Assembly: GCA_964252035.1 (NCBI GenBank)
Contig: OZ176200.1
Length of the DNA stretch: 64,000 nucleotides
Direction: 5' to 3' (one strand)
DNA from: Podarcis erhardii
Taxonomy: Eukaryota
A model generated the notes under the pieces. The model saw only the letters and a program-made list of their open reading frames with translations. It ran no database searches and had not been told where the DNA came from. The position numbers were made by a program, and so were the translations under genes. Each line of letters starts with the position of its first letter. The stretch's first letter is position 1. Shown here piece by piece: positions 34,803-48,300 of the stretch.

Positions 34803-35129
34803 GGGATGCGGGTGGCGCTGTGGGTAAAACCTCAGCGCCTAGGACTTGCCGATCGCATGGTCGGTGGTTCGAATCCCCGCGGCAGGGTGCGCTCCCGTCG
34901 TTCGGCCCCAGCGCCTGCCAACCTAGCAGTTCGAAAGCACCCCTGGGTGCAAGTAGATAAATAGGGGCCGCTTACCAGCGGGAAGGTAAACGGCTTGCCA
35001 GATGCAGCTTGTCACGCTGGCCACGTGACCCGGAAGTGTCTGCGGACAGCGCTGGCTCCCGGCCTATAGAGTGAGATGAGCACACAACCCTAGAGTCCGT
35101 ATGGGTAGGGGTACCTTTACCTTTACCTT
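34803..35129 (+). mobile_element. Sauria SINE
   Basis: 14-bp TSD tataatgttaggaa (34789-34802, 35130-35143) and tacctttacctttacctt tail. Confidence 0.92.
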
Positions 35130-36964
35130 TATAATGTTAGGAATATAGGTTGTTGCACCATTTTTATTCTGTTCAGCTGCACACAGCAGCTGACCACGTT
35201 CTACTCCTCCTGCAATCAGCAGATTACACACTGCTAAGTTTAAAATGCCTTACTTCAAGGTCTCAATAATGCATTGTACCATGCAGCAGCAAGGCTAATA
35301 CAGGCATATAACACTCTTGGGTAGAAAGTACAGAATAGAGTTCCAAGCATGTGCTATAAGTTTGGGAGCAAGCTTACATATGACCATATTGTTGCATGAT
35401 AGAGAGACTTCACTTCCTCCCTCTCCAGAAGAAAGGGGTGTGTGACCTAGCCGAGTCTATTTAGCAATATAACTCTGTGGTCCTTTACCCCTTCATGCAC
35501 TAACTAGCCCTATGCTTGCTAGTTGTATTTTTTTGCAATTTCCTACCCATCCTGAATGCTGCATACCATGGCTGCCCTTCAACAGGATGGACAAATAGAG
35601 GTTGGTCCAGTCTCTTTCCACCCCACAACCCACCCACCCCACTCTATGCAGTTGCTGGCACGCATTGGAGGGCCCTTAGTGAAGTTATTGTCTTCCTATG
35701 CTCCTTTCCTCTTTCTACACAGTGATCATCACAGTGATAAACTCCAGGACCTTGTTTACTGAAGAAACAAAAACTTAACAAGTCCCCCGAGTAATAATCT
35801 GGGTTCTGAGTAATAATCATCCAAGTAATCATCTGGAGAAATGCCCCCATCCCATTTTCAATTCTGAGATGTGGAAAGGATGTAACTTGTCCTGTTTTCT
35901 CTCTTTCAGTGAATAGAAAGAAATTAGACACCACCTCTGTAGTTTTATGCATGATATTTTCTGATATAACAATACCACCACACTGTGGCCCGATGATGGA
36001 GGTACGGTTATTGCTTCCATAGTGCAATGCCTCCCTTATGACCTTGGTGGTCTTAGTTCTGATCATGCTTTGGGTAGATTGAAAGTCATGGAAATGGAAC
36101 AACAGAGTGAAGGAGGAATATGGCTCAGTGATTTACACAGGGGGGCATACATTTCCAAAAAGAAAATGTTCCTGATGTGAAAGGATATTGATATGAGAAA
36201 GTGGATAGCTCAAAGTTCGTTCTTCATTTTTTTTTAAGGGGAAAAAGGGAAAGCAGGGATCTACCTAAGTAGTTCTGCAATAAATATTCATCTTTTCACA
36301 GACTTTTGAAGACAGTAACAAAGACCATAAAGCACTTTCTGAACTGCTTTGTGTATTTAAATAAGAGGGTAGATATTATTTTTTACTGGCACTATCCAAT
36401 ATAGAGCTTTTTATACTTTTAATATTTGCTTTTTATATTGTTACATACATAAATCATCCATCCATGTTTGCAGCAGTAATACAGGAAAAAAATAATGTAA
36501 CAAAAACCAATATGCATAGGAGTATTGCGCCAGAGGGTATATGATAAAAAGGGCCACAAGTTCATGATAAAACACAGGACAACAATCAGATATTAAAATA
36601 ATAGGTGCCTTGGTGACAAGTCCAGCCAAAATATTCTGTAGGAATCCAGAGGTTTAACGAAACCTCCCCGACTAATCACATATTGCAAAAAAGGAGCCAA
36701 ATTGATGCAAGAGCACTGTGCTCTCCTCTAAGAGCACAGTGGCTTTGTGTTAATTTTCCAGCTAGTGCCATGAACCGTCCCAAGATCTACTGATGTAGAG
36801 CGGTATAAATTTTTTTAAAAATAAAAGAACCACCCACCAGCACCTTACAATCAACTTGGTGAACAATTCCCAGTCCTGTGGCAGCTAGTAGAAAATGAAT
36901 TATATCTTTGCATGACAGCCCAGATGTAGACTTTGAGCCCTGGGTCCAAAAAAAACCCCATCTA

Positions 36965-37623
36965 CAGTGGTGCCCCGCAAGACGAACGCCTCGGAAGACG
37001 AAAAACTCGCTAGACGAAGGAGTTTTTCGTTTTCTTAGCCGCTTCGCAAGACGCATCTCCCTATGGGCTTGCTTTGCAAAACGAAGCTTGCCCCGCAAGC
37101 TCCGGGGATAGCGGGGAAGCGCAGCGCGTCTTCCCCGCTGTCCCCAGACCTCTTTTGAAGCAAGGGGCGGCGGGGAGAAGATTGCTTCTCTCCGTTGCCA
37201 GCCCCGCAATCTCTGGGGACATAGGGGAAGGCACGCGCGCGCCTTCCCCTCTCTCCCCGGACCCCTTTTGAACCAAGGGGCGGCAACGGGGAGAAGCGAT
37301 CTTCTCCCCGCTGCCCCTTCCCTTGCTTTAAAACAGGTCCGGGGACAGAGGGGAAGGCGCGCGCCTTCCCCTCTGTCCCCGGAGATTGCGGGGCAGGCAA
37401 CGGGGAGAAGCAATCTTCTCCCCACCGCCCCTTGCTTTATACAGGTCCGGGGACAGAGGGGAAGGCGCTCGGCGCTTCCCCTCTGTCCCCGGACGGTCTC
37501 CATAGGAACGCATTGATTGATTTTCAATGCATTCCTATAGGAAACCGTGCTTCGCAAGACGAAAAACTCGCAAGAAGAAAAAACTTGCGGAACTAATTAA
37601 TTTCGTCTTGCGAGGCACCACTG
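36965..37623. mobile_element. Tc1/mariner (Tigger/pogo-like) non-autonomous element with palindromic internal subrepeats
   Basis: TA TSDs; TIRs cagtggtgccccgcaagacgaa / ttcgtcttgcgaggcaccactg. Confidence 0.85.
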
Positions 37624-37827
37624 TATCTGGTTCAGAATAGCAGTGATATCTTGAAAGATTCTTTGCCAGAATCTTTGCCAGTATCCTGGAACACCACATA
37701 TGAAACTCTGTGCCCAAATGGTCACATTCACACCAACACAATAGATTCAAAGTGGTGTTTTATACCTGTTTTATTTGCTTTTTGGTAAGTCAATTTGAGT
37801 TTCAATTTTGTAAAAACAACAACAAAT

Positions 37828-38028
37828 TAGGGCCAGCCCACCCATTAGGCAAGGTGAAGTGACCACCTGAGGTAACAGGATCCACCTGGGCAGCAGATCC
37901 CAATGTTGATATTTCTTCCCCACTTGTTCCTGATGTAGATCTTCCTTCACTCCTCCTTCCCTGGCAGGGAGGGGGAACCACCATTTGGGGGCCTGCCTCA
38001 GGTGCCAAAATATTTTGGGCCAGCCCTG
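37828..38028. mobile_element. hAT-like MITE
   Basis: TIRs tagggccagccc / gggccagccctg; 8-bp TSD caacaaat/caactaat. Confidence 0.65.
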
Positions 38029-38490
38029 CAACTAATAAATATAATAAATAATAGATGCTTCATGTCACATCAATATGTACATACATGTATCACTGCAGCA
38101 GTGGTTTTTCTTTTCCAGGGCACTGCTTCACACACAAATGTAATCCTAATTAATACACTTTTGATGGTACTATTCCTGTAGAATCTGCAGTGAAAGTTCT
38201 CTATGCTCCTGGGGCATTTCATCTGGATTTTCACATATTTGGTGGGTCACCTCCAGATACCTAAAAGGTTAGGACCTTTTAGATCTGCAGTGGAACTATT
38301 ACTTCGCTGAGAAAGAGGACATCCACCCAAGTATCATTTTTAGAGTGGATTACTGAATCCTAGGAGGTAATTTTTAATGAAGCATTTACCCAAATTTGAT
38401 CCCACTTATGTTCTTCAATCTGACATCTGAAGTCAGCCTCCCAGGATATCCTAAGACCTTAGGAGGAGCCCATTGCCTGGCTTGTAAACA

Positions 38491-38701
38491 CAGTGGTACC
38501 TCGGGTTACAGATGCTTCAGGTTACAGACGCTTCAGGTTACAGACTTCGCTAACGCAGAAATAGTACCTCGGGTTAAGAACTTTGCTTCAGGATGAGAAC
38601 AGAAATTGCGTGGCGGCAGCGGGAGGCCCCATTAGCTAAAGTGGTACCTCAGGTTAAGAACAGTTTCAGGTTAAGAATGGACCTAACCCGAGGTACCACT
38701 G
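38491..38701. mobile_element. Tigger-like MITE
   Basis: TIRs cagtggtacctcgggtta / taacccgaggtaccactg, TA on the right, internal caggttacaga repeats. Confidence 0.8.
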
Positions 38702-40182
38702 TATTGAATATCAAGTCTTTAAGAATTCATATATTTGAGCAGTTAAGGATCCGAAAGTTTAGAGAACATAAACAATCCCCCTGACAAACTAAAGATTTAG
38801 CAAATGTTGTAAACTGAATTGATGGAATACATTTATGTGCTTTATTTCCAATTATTTAGGAGGTGTATTGTGAAGTGGGCAAACAAACCAGCCCTCTCAT
38901 GTTAAAAGTTCTCATCTCCACTACAGAAACGGCAAGCGGGAAGAAACAAGATTTCTTCGTTGATCCCTCTTCTCCTAGCTTGGTTTCTTAATTGCCTTTT
39001 TGCGCCATCATAGGTTTGTTGCTTTTGATCTCAAACCTCTGCCTTTTTTTCCCTCTGGTTGCAAGAGACAGCAAATGTTGGCAAAACTCCTGTTTTCATC
39101 TTTTGAAGAACTAAACAAAACTCCAGTTCATTGTTTTCATTCAAACAAGGCTTCTCTTTCTGTGTTTTTCATGTTCATATTATCCATCAAAGTTGCAGCA
39201 TCTGTTGGGGGGGAAATGGTGGCAAGGAAGGAAGGGAGGAAACACTGGTTTTCAGAAGCTTGGACCTTCCATTGCATTTCATGGCAAGTGGGCAGTCAGT
39301 GGGCTTTCTCTAGTGATCCTGCAATACTGCTGCCCCTTCAGTTTCTATTATTAGGGGCAGCAAGAATGTCAATAGCCAGTCAATGGAAATCTTTTTCACC
39401 TCCCTCGGTTGTTTGGCTTGGTAGAGTCTGAGGTATAGCTCTCTCTGAGCATCTCACATATTTAAAAAAGTTAAGTAGGGGAGGATCTAAATCAGATCAT
39501 TTTTATGCTATTTGAGCTAAATTTTTGACATACATGAATACAACGAGAGACAGAACATAGACCACTAATGGTCCAATTAAGTTTGTGGAGAAGATATATT
39601 TTAGAATACTGAGATAAAGTGATTTCTCGATGTTGCTTGTGATGATAAAAGATGCATGAATTAATATAAGGTATTGTTTTCCATTTTCTTCCCTTCCCTG
39701 TAATCCATCCTAGTATTTCTCTTTCCCCCGCCCTTTGAATCAGTATGTTTGATGTTACAGTACTTGTATTTTGTCTTTAATTTAAAAATTAATAGTTTAT
39801 TTTTTTAAAAAAACAAACCTAACTCTTGGCTCAGAGAGAAGAAGAACAAGGCACTCTCAAAACAGGAAATCATCCTACTGACAAGTTTACTGGGTAGGTT
39901 TAAAAGTTTAGTTTGTTGCAATGTAGATGGAGGTGGACGATTCCCACTATACTATGGATGGTCTGTGTAAAATCTTCACTGGGAAGACATTTCAGGGTCT
40001 CTGGTTAACTTTATAAGTACACTTCACCTGAAGAAGCCTGTCTGACTCTTGCCAAGTGAATCCAGTCTGATTTGGTGAATATTCAGGGATATTCATCTGT
40101 AGCACATATGTAGACAATAAATGACAGACTCAACAATATTTGGAGAAGGCAATTCCATTTTAACAAATACACACTTTAAAAC

Positions 40183-40188
40183 TTTATT
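40183..40188 (-). terminator. Probable CTNND1 polyadenylation signal (AATAAA), implying a 3' UTR of about 2.2 kb
   Basis: Minus strand ...tttatataAATAAAgttttaaagtgtgtatttgtt, with a GU/U-rich stretch downstream. Confidence 0.55.
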
Positions 40189-40979
40189 TATATAAAAATC
40201 ATTTCACTTTAAAAGCATTACAGAGTGAGCACAGGACTCAAGGAACAGCAGGATGTTCCCCTCCCCCAGGGGTGCAAAGGAAAAGCAAAACAAAAGAAGT
40301 CAGTGAATTATTAGTCCCTCTTACAGCATTGAATTGGTCAGTGGGGAAGGGGCTTTTTTTGGTTTATCTGGAAATAAAAAAGGAAATAGTGTTTTACATT
40401 AGAAAAAGTCAAGTGACTCCTCCCTCAGAAGGCTGATTTGCATGTTTGATCCCTCCCACTCCCCCCAAAAAGGAAAGAAAAACTGGGATAGGAGCATATC
40501 AGAGGCACCGAAAAATCTTCCACTTTAGGCCTTCCCCCACCCCCTCTTGTGCAATGTGGATTGTTAGTGTGGAGAGAATCCCAGGAGTTGAGGGCAACAG
40601 AGTTCCTTCCAGTTACTAGGCAGAGGCAGAGCTTGGGAGGCTGGGAGGGAGGAGGGAGGGAAATGCTGCAGTCATCTTCCGTAGAAAAAAAGAAAAGTGG
40701 GAGTCACCAATATGGTGCCCAGAGCTAGTCACTATTGTCCCCTTTACTGCTGCTTTGCAGATTAGGACAAAGATTGTAAGCAGACCCTCTAAGTTCCTCT
40801 TGCTCCCCCAAACAGGTGAGCTATTAAGGTGCACAGCGTAACCCTCGCCTAACCATGCTTTCACACCTCTCCCCAACCCATGAGCCCTTTAGGTGGTTGA
40901 CAGATTCATTCCTGATCTCTCTCACTCAACTAGGATGCACCATGGCAATTACAATTAGGATTCTGTTTCTAGTTCAAGG

Positions 40980-41020
40980 AGGGGGGGAGGGGGAGGGAAG
41001 GAAGGAAGGAGGGAGGGAGG

Positions 41021-41057
<37 letters not shown>

Positions 41058-41070
41058 AGAAGAAGAAGAA
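40980..41070. repeat. Purine-rich compound repeat (GGGA/GA/GAA) in the CTNND1 3' UTR
   Basis: Read directly. Confidence 0.85.
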
Positions 41071-42338
41071 GCAGGAGCGCAACTCTGTGCCAAAATATCC
41101 ATCTCCCCAGCCCAAGCCCTTTTGCCTTTCTCACACAAAACTACCAAGGGCACAAAGCTTTTTCACAGTGGCGAAGAAAGGCACGTGTACATAGTGACAG
41201 ATTTAAGAGTTTTCATTCCCCTGCCTGCATGGGAGGATTTGGGCAATATTTACAGACAAGTCTTCCCTCCCTCACAAACTTTCCACATCACCCAGCTTCC
41301 CAACTTCAACAGCCTTCTGCACTTTTTGCAGCCCAACCCAGGCACCCACTGCTTAAGCCAAAACTACCCACCGGCAACCCCAAAACCAGAGACAGCCAAT
41401 GTGGCTCCTCTGCTCTCGACAGCCAACATCACTGCTTCTAGGTAGGGAGACTTCCGTCCCTTTCACCAACTTTCACTTAACGTACTCTGGTCCGATTCCA
41501 CCTTTCCCTCAACCCCCCTGCACCCCAAATTGCTCTTCTCCCACAAATAAATAGCTTCCTAGGTGCTGATTTAATCCCTCTCAGATTAAAACTACCAAGA
41601 AGCAAGAAAATGGGAGGAAACAGATGCAAACCCACACATTCTTCCTCAGCCTATGAGGATACAGAGGGCTGTCATCTCAAAGAGATATTCTTTAAGGCCA
41701 TCTTGCATCCAGATGGCAGTCACCCACAAGCTGTCCCTCCTTTGTCATCCCCTCCCCCTTCCCTCCCTCCCAAGCCACCACCACTACCACCACCAGGAAT
41801 GTTCCAGTACTTCCAGCATCCTTTGTTGCAAGGGAGAAAAAAAAATCACACACAAAAATATATTCTATAGGCTAAGAGAAGGAGGAGACTGGTCCTCTGA
41901 GTTCTTCTCCATGGAGAGAGAAGACGCTGCATTTAAGAAAACAAAAAAACCTAGTTCCAGTATGATAGGTTTTCAGCTGAGATCCATCTGCACCACGGGG
42001 CTTCCATCATCTGCTGCAGATGAGAAGCTTGTAATTTTATAGTGTTCTGCCTTAGTCGCTTGAGTGAGATCCATCGGGAGTATTTGGTCTTCAGGAATTG
42101 CTGCACTTTTGAAAAATACAGACAAAAAGTAGTGTCCAGGGAATTGGATGGGCGCAGCCATCTACAGGGAGGTGTGAGGCCCTGTGGGCTCAGGCGGGGC
42201 CAGTCATTTGGCGCTGGGTGGCTGGACTTGTGTGCCCAAGAGATTTTTTAAAAAGAGAGAGAGTCAGTCCATTTCACCACAAAGTGTTATACAAAGTATG
42301 TTATAAACCCAAAACAGAGAAGGCAGATGGTGGCAGCT

Positions 42339-42350
42339 CTAGATCTTCTG
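42339..42350 (-). CDS. CTNND1: CTNND1 last coding exon (QKI*)
   Basis: ttctccacAG|CAG AAG ATC TAG. Confidence 0.85.
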   Translation of the reverse strand, partial: QKI

Positions 42351-45300
42351 CTGTGGAGAAGAGACAAGAAAGCCAAGGTTAACATAGCCACAAGTCCAAT
42401 GGCAACAAGGAGAAGATTTATATAGAGCAAGCAGGCATGGAATCAAGCAAGCCAAACTCCAAGTGTCCTCAGTGAGGCAGGTCTCTGAAAAGTGGATTGT
42501 TAAGCAGCGCCCCAGATTTTGCCCCTGTGAATGCTTGATTTATTGATTTGAGGAACAGGCCAGATTTTCCTCTCCCCTGCTTTTGGTTACAGAAGCAGAA
42601 GAGCACCAAAGCCACGGGACATACCATAGGAGGATAAAGCAACGCATCACTCTCCGCATAGGATTCCTGCCCTTCCTCCTGCTGTAGACACACACATTGT
42701 TAGTAAGGACAGATTGTTATGTAGGAAGGGGAGAAAAGGGAGCAAGAATTCTAACTGAGAAGTCACCGGGGAAAATGAAAGAGGCTGAGTTGAAAGTGTG
42801 AATAGTCAACAAAGACATGGGTTAGGTGTTTAGTTAACAACTCTGCAGCTCCCCAAAACACACTGGTGCCGGGGGGGGGGGGGGAGAGATGGTTGTACCA
42901 ACACTATTCCCAATGCATTATTCAGTTCTAGAAATCCTTGGCTTTCTAAGCTTTGAGGGTTTTGTTTGTCTTAAAACCTGTCAAGGGGTATATAAACTAC
43001 AAAGTAAGCTTGGACAGCAAGCTTCTCTTGCTCTCTCCCCATCCTTTTTGCTACCCGTGCCCAAAAACACCTATGCCCCAGAGGTCTCCCTCAATGGGCA
43101 TATCCCAGTCTTTACCATCAGTGGGGCTCCCTTCATAGATTCCATTTCTTCTCCAGATCGTTCCAATGTCCTATTATGGTCCCGCTCGTTCAGTGTAGAG
43201 TAATTGTCTGAAATGAAGAGGAAGGCTTGATATGAGGAAACATCACATGGGCCCAAGGTAAGCAAGGACACACTCTTCCCTTCCTCTGCGTCAAGAGTCA
43301 ACTTACATTTCCCCAGCCAGCCAGGGAACAAGCATCATCTTCTCCTTCCTTGCTGATTTACAGATGAGAAGACGTGTGCACACAGAGCACTGACCATCAT
43401 TCCCTCCGCATTCTTCTCTCCACTCGGTATTCTCCCTACTAGCTAGCTCAATGGAACTGGGGGGGAAAGAGGACTCACCACAATGCTGCCTAGCCCTGGG
43501 ACACCCTAGAGTGCAATAAGCTCGCTAATTTAAGGGAGAGAGACATATGCCAGCCTTAGTTTCTGGAAAAGCTGTGTCAACCTGAAGATAACGAGAATGT
43601 ATTAGCTGTAAGCATCTAGAGGGGAAAGATGAATCCTGTTTCATTTCGGAAAGGCTAGAAGGGATCTATCATTGGCTGATTGCCTACATAAAAGCAAGGC
43701 TATCCCCCTAATGCAGCTACCTACTGCATTTTATTAGCAGGATGCAAGCGCACTGAAGCCAGAGAAACTATACTCAACTTACCTTACCAGTAACAGCAAT
43801 GGTTGTGCTTTATTCTTAGCAAAACTAGACTTCCAGATACTAAGTGGCAGGAGGATTAGCTACCTCTGTGGGGTTGGTGGACAACGCTGGCAAGGACCTA
43901 GCAGAGCATCTGCACAGCTGGACTGTATATGCATTGGTGTGTTCACATGTACAGGACTGAGTTAGATGACAAAGCACCTGTAGCCCACTAGGTTTTGGAG
44001 ACAGGTTTAGAACACTACACAGCTATACACAGAAGGGTGCNNNNNNNNNNNNNNNNNNNNNNNNNNNNNNNNNNNNNNNNNNNNNNNNNNNNNNNNNNNN
44101 NNNNNNNNNNNNNNNNNNNNNNNNNNNNNNNNNNNNNNNNNNNNNNNNNNNNNNNNNNNNNNNNNNNNNNNNNNNNNNNNNNNNNNCTGGTCCAATGTTG
44201 CCCATTTGGATCTCCTCCCGAGAAGATTTCTTGTCTGCACAGAATATAAAAATCAGCACAGTTAGCAATAAAGTCCTTGCTCCTTGTTTTGACTAATGTG
44301 GGACTTGTCTTATCTATAGCGGCATTAAGAGTAAGCCATTCAATTAAGGTCACAGCAGAAGTTTCCCACCAGCAGAAAACCTGCTGGCAATTTTGGTCAT
44401 TCCCTTTCACTATGCTAGAAATACTGATTAGGGGCAAATATTAATATTCTTAAAATCCTTCTACAGATTGCAACTTTCGACAGTTTTGAATGATGACGTT
44501 TTGTGTTGCTGCAACACTGAGCCACCCTTTCAAAAAACAAATGCATTCACTCTTTTTTTTTATCTTGCTCTTTGACTAATGGGCTCTTGCTGCAGCTCAG
44601 TGATAATGAAGAGTGTCTTAAACAAAATAAATATGTTAAAAGTTACAACTAATCTTGCACTTACCTCCTTTTTGGTTCTTATCAATGAGGGGCAAGGTGC
44701 TGTCATCAAAGGAGTTGCCACCCTGGCTTCGAGTACTGTTACTCCGGTTCACCTGAAAAGAAGGAACCAGCTGGTATATTTAAGCTGCCATTAGTGCTGA
44801 TGTTCCTAGCTACCTAAGTATTTCCTCAGCACTTCAATGCATAGGCTGCCATCCATGGGGGCTTTAGGTGCACCCCAACACAAACACGCCCATTAAAGAG
44901 GACAGGGCTGCAGAAACAAGCTTTCACAGGTGTTGAATGCAGCCTGCCCTGAGAACCTAGGCCTTCAACTGAAAGGCTGGATTCACCCTTTGCTCTTTTG
45001 ACACAGTGTGGTGTAGAGGTGAGAATGCTGGACGAGGGAGGAATCCATTTTGAACAGATTTGTACATAATTTTGGCAGTTCTGACTTCATCAAGCTTTCC
45101 TCTTACACTGGAGCACCCTTGTTCATCAAGCGCCTGAACCCAGTCCAATTAATTATATGCAAAATTATACAAAAGAAACAACATTGCACGATGTCAAGTG
45201 TTCGATTGGGGGAAGCATTTCTGCTTGCCAGTCGAAATGACACTCCCTCTCCTCCCCCACATGGTGTTCTGGGGGCTCCCCTGACCTCTCCAGTGTCAAT

Positions 45301-48300
45301 TTGGAGGACATATGGGGACACCCCATTGCAAAAGCCTTTCTGCTGATGGGGTGCTCATTTGTTGAAACCCACTGTCACACGTATAAAAGTCAAAACACAC
45401 GTTGTGCTATATTTCTGTGGCATAATTTTATATGTTAATATAACTGTATTTGTATAGTTATATGCAGTGCTGTATTTTTTCTGTTTAGGTGCTGGTTACT
45501 TTAGGAATCCTAGAGTGTATGTCTGTACACATATTAAGACTGCATAACATGCTAAAATTGTGGGGGTTTTTTAGTGGAACTGAAGTGGGGACAACTCTCT
45601 TCTTGGCGAGTAAGGCGGGGATTAGGAAAAAAAAAATCCATGTGGATAAGCCCAACATTGGAGTTTTCAGAAAATTCCACCCCTGGTTTAACTCCCAGTT
45701 ACCTGGAAGTCAGACTTCTTCCATCCTTCCTTCTCCAGTGGCTTCCGCAATTCCTTATACCCCCAGATTGTCTGCAGTACAAGAGCAGCTGCTCTGATTT
45801 CTCTCTCTGAGCGGTTCCTAGGAGGAGAGAACATAAGATTATTACAAAAGAACAAACAGCCCAGCCCATAAGCTTCCTAAGAGAAGGATGGGGGGGGGGG
45901 GTTGTAGAAATCTGTGCAGGCACCCTCTACTTAACCCCCTTGGGACCTACCCGGATTTATTAATCAGCACCAGTTTCTCAATGCCTTGTGTCTCCCGCAG
46001 TTTCTTGGCTGCTTCCAAGTTATCCAGAATGACCTCATTTATGGTATTTAACACAGAGACCACAGTATCTTCAGAGAGGTTCTTAGCCGGCGTTTGCTGT
46101 CCCCCTGGCAAATTCTTCACTAAACTGGGGATGGCATGCTTGCCTAGGAAAGGGAGAAGATCAGAGTTGGTTAGAGGGAAAAGAACAATATAAACAGAAG
46201 TGATCAGAAGACAGAAGCAGAATTTCCCAACAGACTCTTAGACCTCGAAGGCTCTCCTACCATGAAACTGATATAAGGCACAAGCTGAATATAGCGGAGA
46301 GGGAGGATTCTGTTCTCAGCTGATCAAGGGAATGCAACTGTCAGAACTTCATTCATTCACCCAGCAGAGCAAGTTGCCAGTCAAGCCTCATTTAGCTAGG
46401 TGGCAGGAAAAGCTATAACAAAATGCTAGTGCTCTTGTTGGGACTAAAACACCCATCAACCCTTACTTTGGAGCCATGTTGTTTGGAGTAGACGGAAATT
46501 GAAGTTTATATAAATAGATATATATAGGAGAAGCCTAGAAACCCTCAAAACACTTGAACCTTGCATCACTTTATACCAGTTTCCCCAAATCTGGTGCCCT
46601 CTAGAGGCTGTTGGATGGACTCCAACTCCCAGGACCCCTAAACTTGGGCCATGCTGACTGGGGCTGATGGAGGGCACCAGGTTGGCAAAGGCTTTTCTCG
46701 CCAACCTCCACCTTCCAATATTCTACTATGATTCTTGATCAATAATGATCACAAACCCACAAACAATTCTCCTACTGCCTATGGGCACAGGGACCCTGAC
46801 CCCCAGTGCGTTCCCTGGCACTGAGCATCTTTCAAGAAGCAGCATGAGTTGTGTTTGGCTTGGCTGATTCTTGGCATAACTCAGCTAGCATGTGTTTTCG
46901 AAAGGATTCTCAGCCCCCTCCAAAGTGTTACCCACACCCAACTGCTGAGACAGGACAATAAATCCACCAAAGTCCCTTTCCTTCCCGCTCTCACCTATCA
47001 GTTCTTTGTTACGGGAATCCACTGCCAGGTTGCGAAGGGCTCCAGACGCAGCTTTCACCACACGCTCGCTGTCATAAGTCAGCAGGTCCGCAATGGCAGA
47101 GAGGCCTTTCTCCTGGCGCAACGCAGAGCGGATGTACCGACCGTACTGCAAAGAGAGAAAACACAAGACACTTGGCTTAGTGAAAGAGCTACACGAGAAG
47201 CTATTAGATCTACCCAAGAAGTGGGCTCCATACCCAGGAATATATTTTTTTCCTGAACAAAATGCCCCTGGCCTTACCTCTGCATTCCCACAACATTATT
47301 ACAGTGAGCTCAGTTTTCTTAGGAATTCCCATAGCAAAAGTCCACAGTCAATCCAATGCGGAGACCAGCTGTTTGTTTTTATAGTTAACACCCAGCTTGC
47401 CAAATGCCTTCTTAACCACAATGTTGACTTCACTATTCCACTCCGGAAATTCCCCATCAGGCCGAGACTACAGCCTAGACATGAAAAGCTATCGAAGGGA
47501 TCCGTGAATGGACGGTCCTTGCAGCCATGAAAGGAGCACAGAGAACATTGCCAGGGACTTCCATGGCTGCTGCCTTCTAAACTGGACCTGCTTGTCCAGT
47601 TCAACATGCGCAGGGATGCTAGGAGGGACCAGATGGGACTCCTACTCACTTATGCACAATGAGGCCTCTCTGCTTTGCCGGCAGCCTTAACTACAAACCT
47701 TTGCCAAGATAGGTCTTTTTTAATTAAAGAAGAAGGCAGATCCCAGTTTGCAGTCCCAGCCTTTCTCGGGTGGCCCACTCACCGTCCAACGCCCAGCACA
47801 CAAATTCTGGATGGCTCCTGCTGAAGCTTCTAAGATAGCTTGAGTTTTGCTCTCCTTCAACAGGGAAATATATATGCGGACAATTTCCGGCTGGAAGAGG
47901 AGCTCATAACCTAGCAAAACGGCAGAGAAGGAAGTTTCACGTCAAGCCTGCCAAGCTCTCTTTTAGGTACCCCCCACCAGGAACAAAGGAAGCTGCCTTA
48001 TGCACTTGGGTTTATTTAGTTCAGTGCTCTGAACACTGATCACGACTCCAGGACCTTCTGCACGAGAAGAAGATGGTTACCACTAAGCTGTAACTCTTCC
48101 CCAAAGAGCTCCTCACAATATGGGTGGTGGCCTGGGGGGGAATAGCAGTGCCCCCTTGGTAAGAAAAAATAAAAACCCCTCCCTGTGGCAGAACTGCCTG
48201 GTGCCAACACTGCCTAGCACTAAAATGATGGCAAATATGTATTATTTTCCCCTTAGCATCATACTGTATTTTATTTATTTTTATAATTTTATTTATTTAT

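Noticed and set aside
35644-36102. 152-aa minus-strand ORF or possible OR pseudogene
   Set aside because: No OR or other recognisable motifs in any frame examined, and the length is compatible with chance.
36787-37557. 256-aa repetitive ORF
   Set aside because: An artefact of the GC-rich palindromic subrepeats inside the Tigger-like MITE.
38367-38384. OR enhancer homeodomain motif (aatttttaatga, similar to the H-element 13-mer)
   Set aside because: Imperfect match in AT-rich, repeat-flanked DNA with no adjacent convincing Ebf site, so it is not distinguishable from chance.
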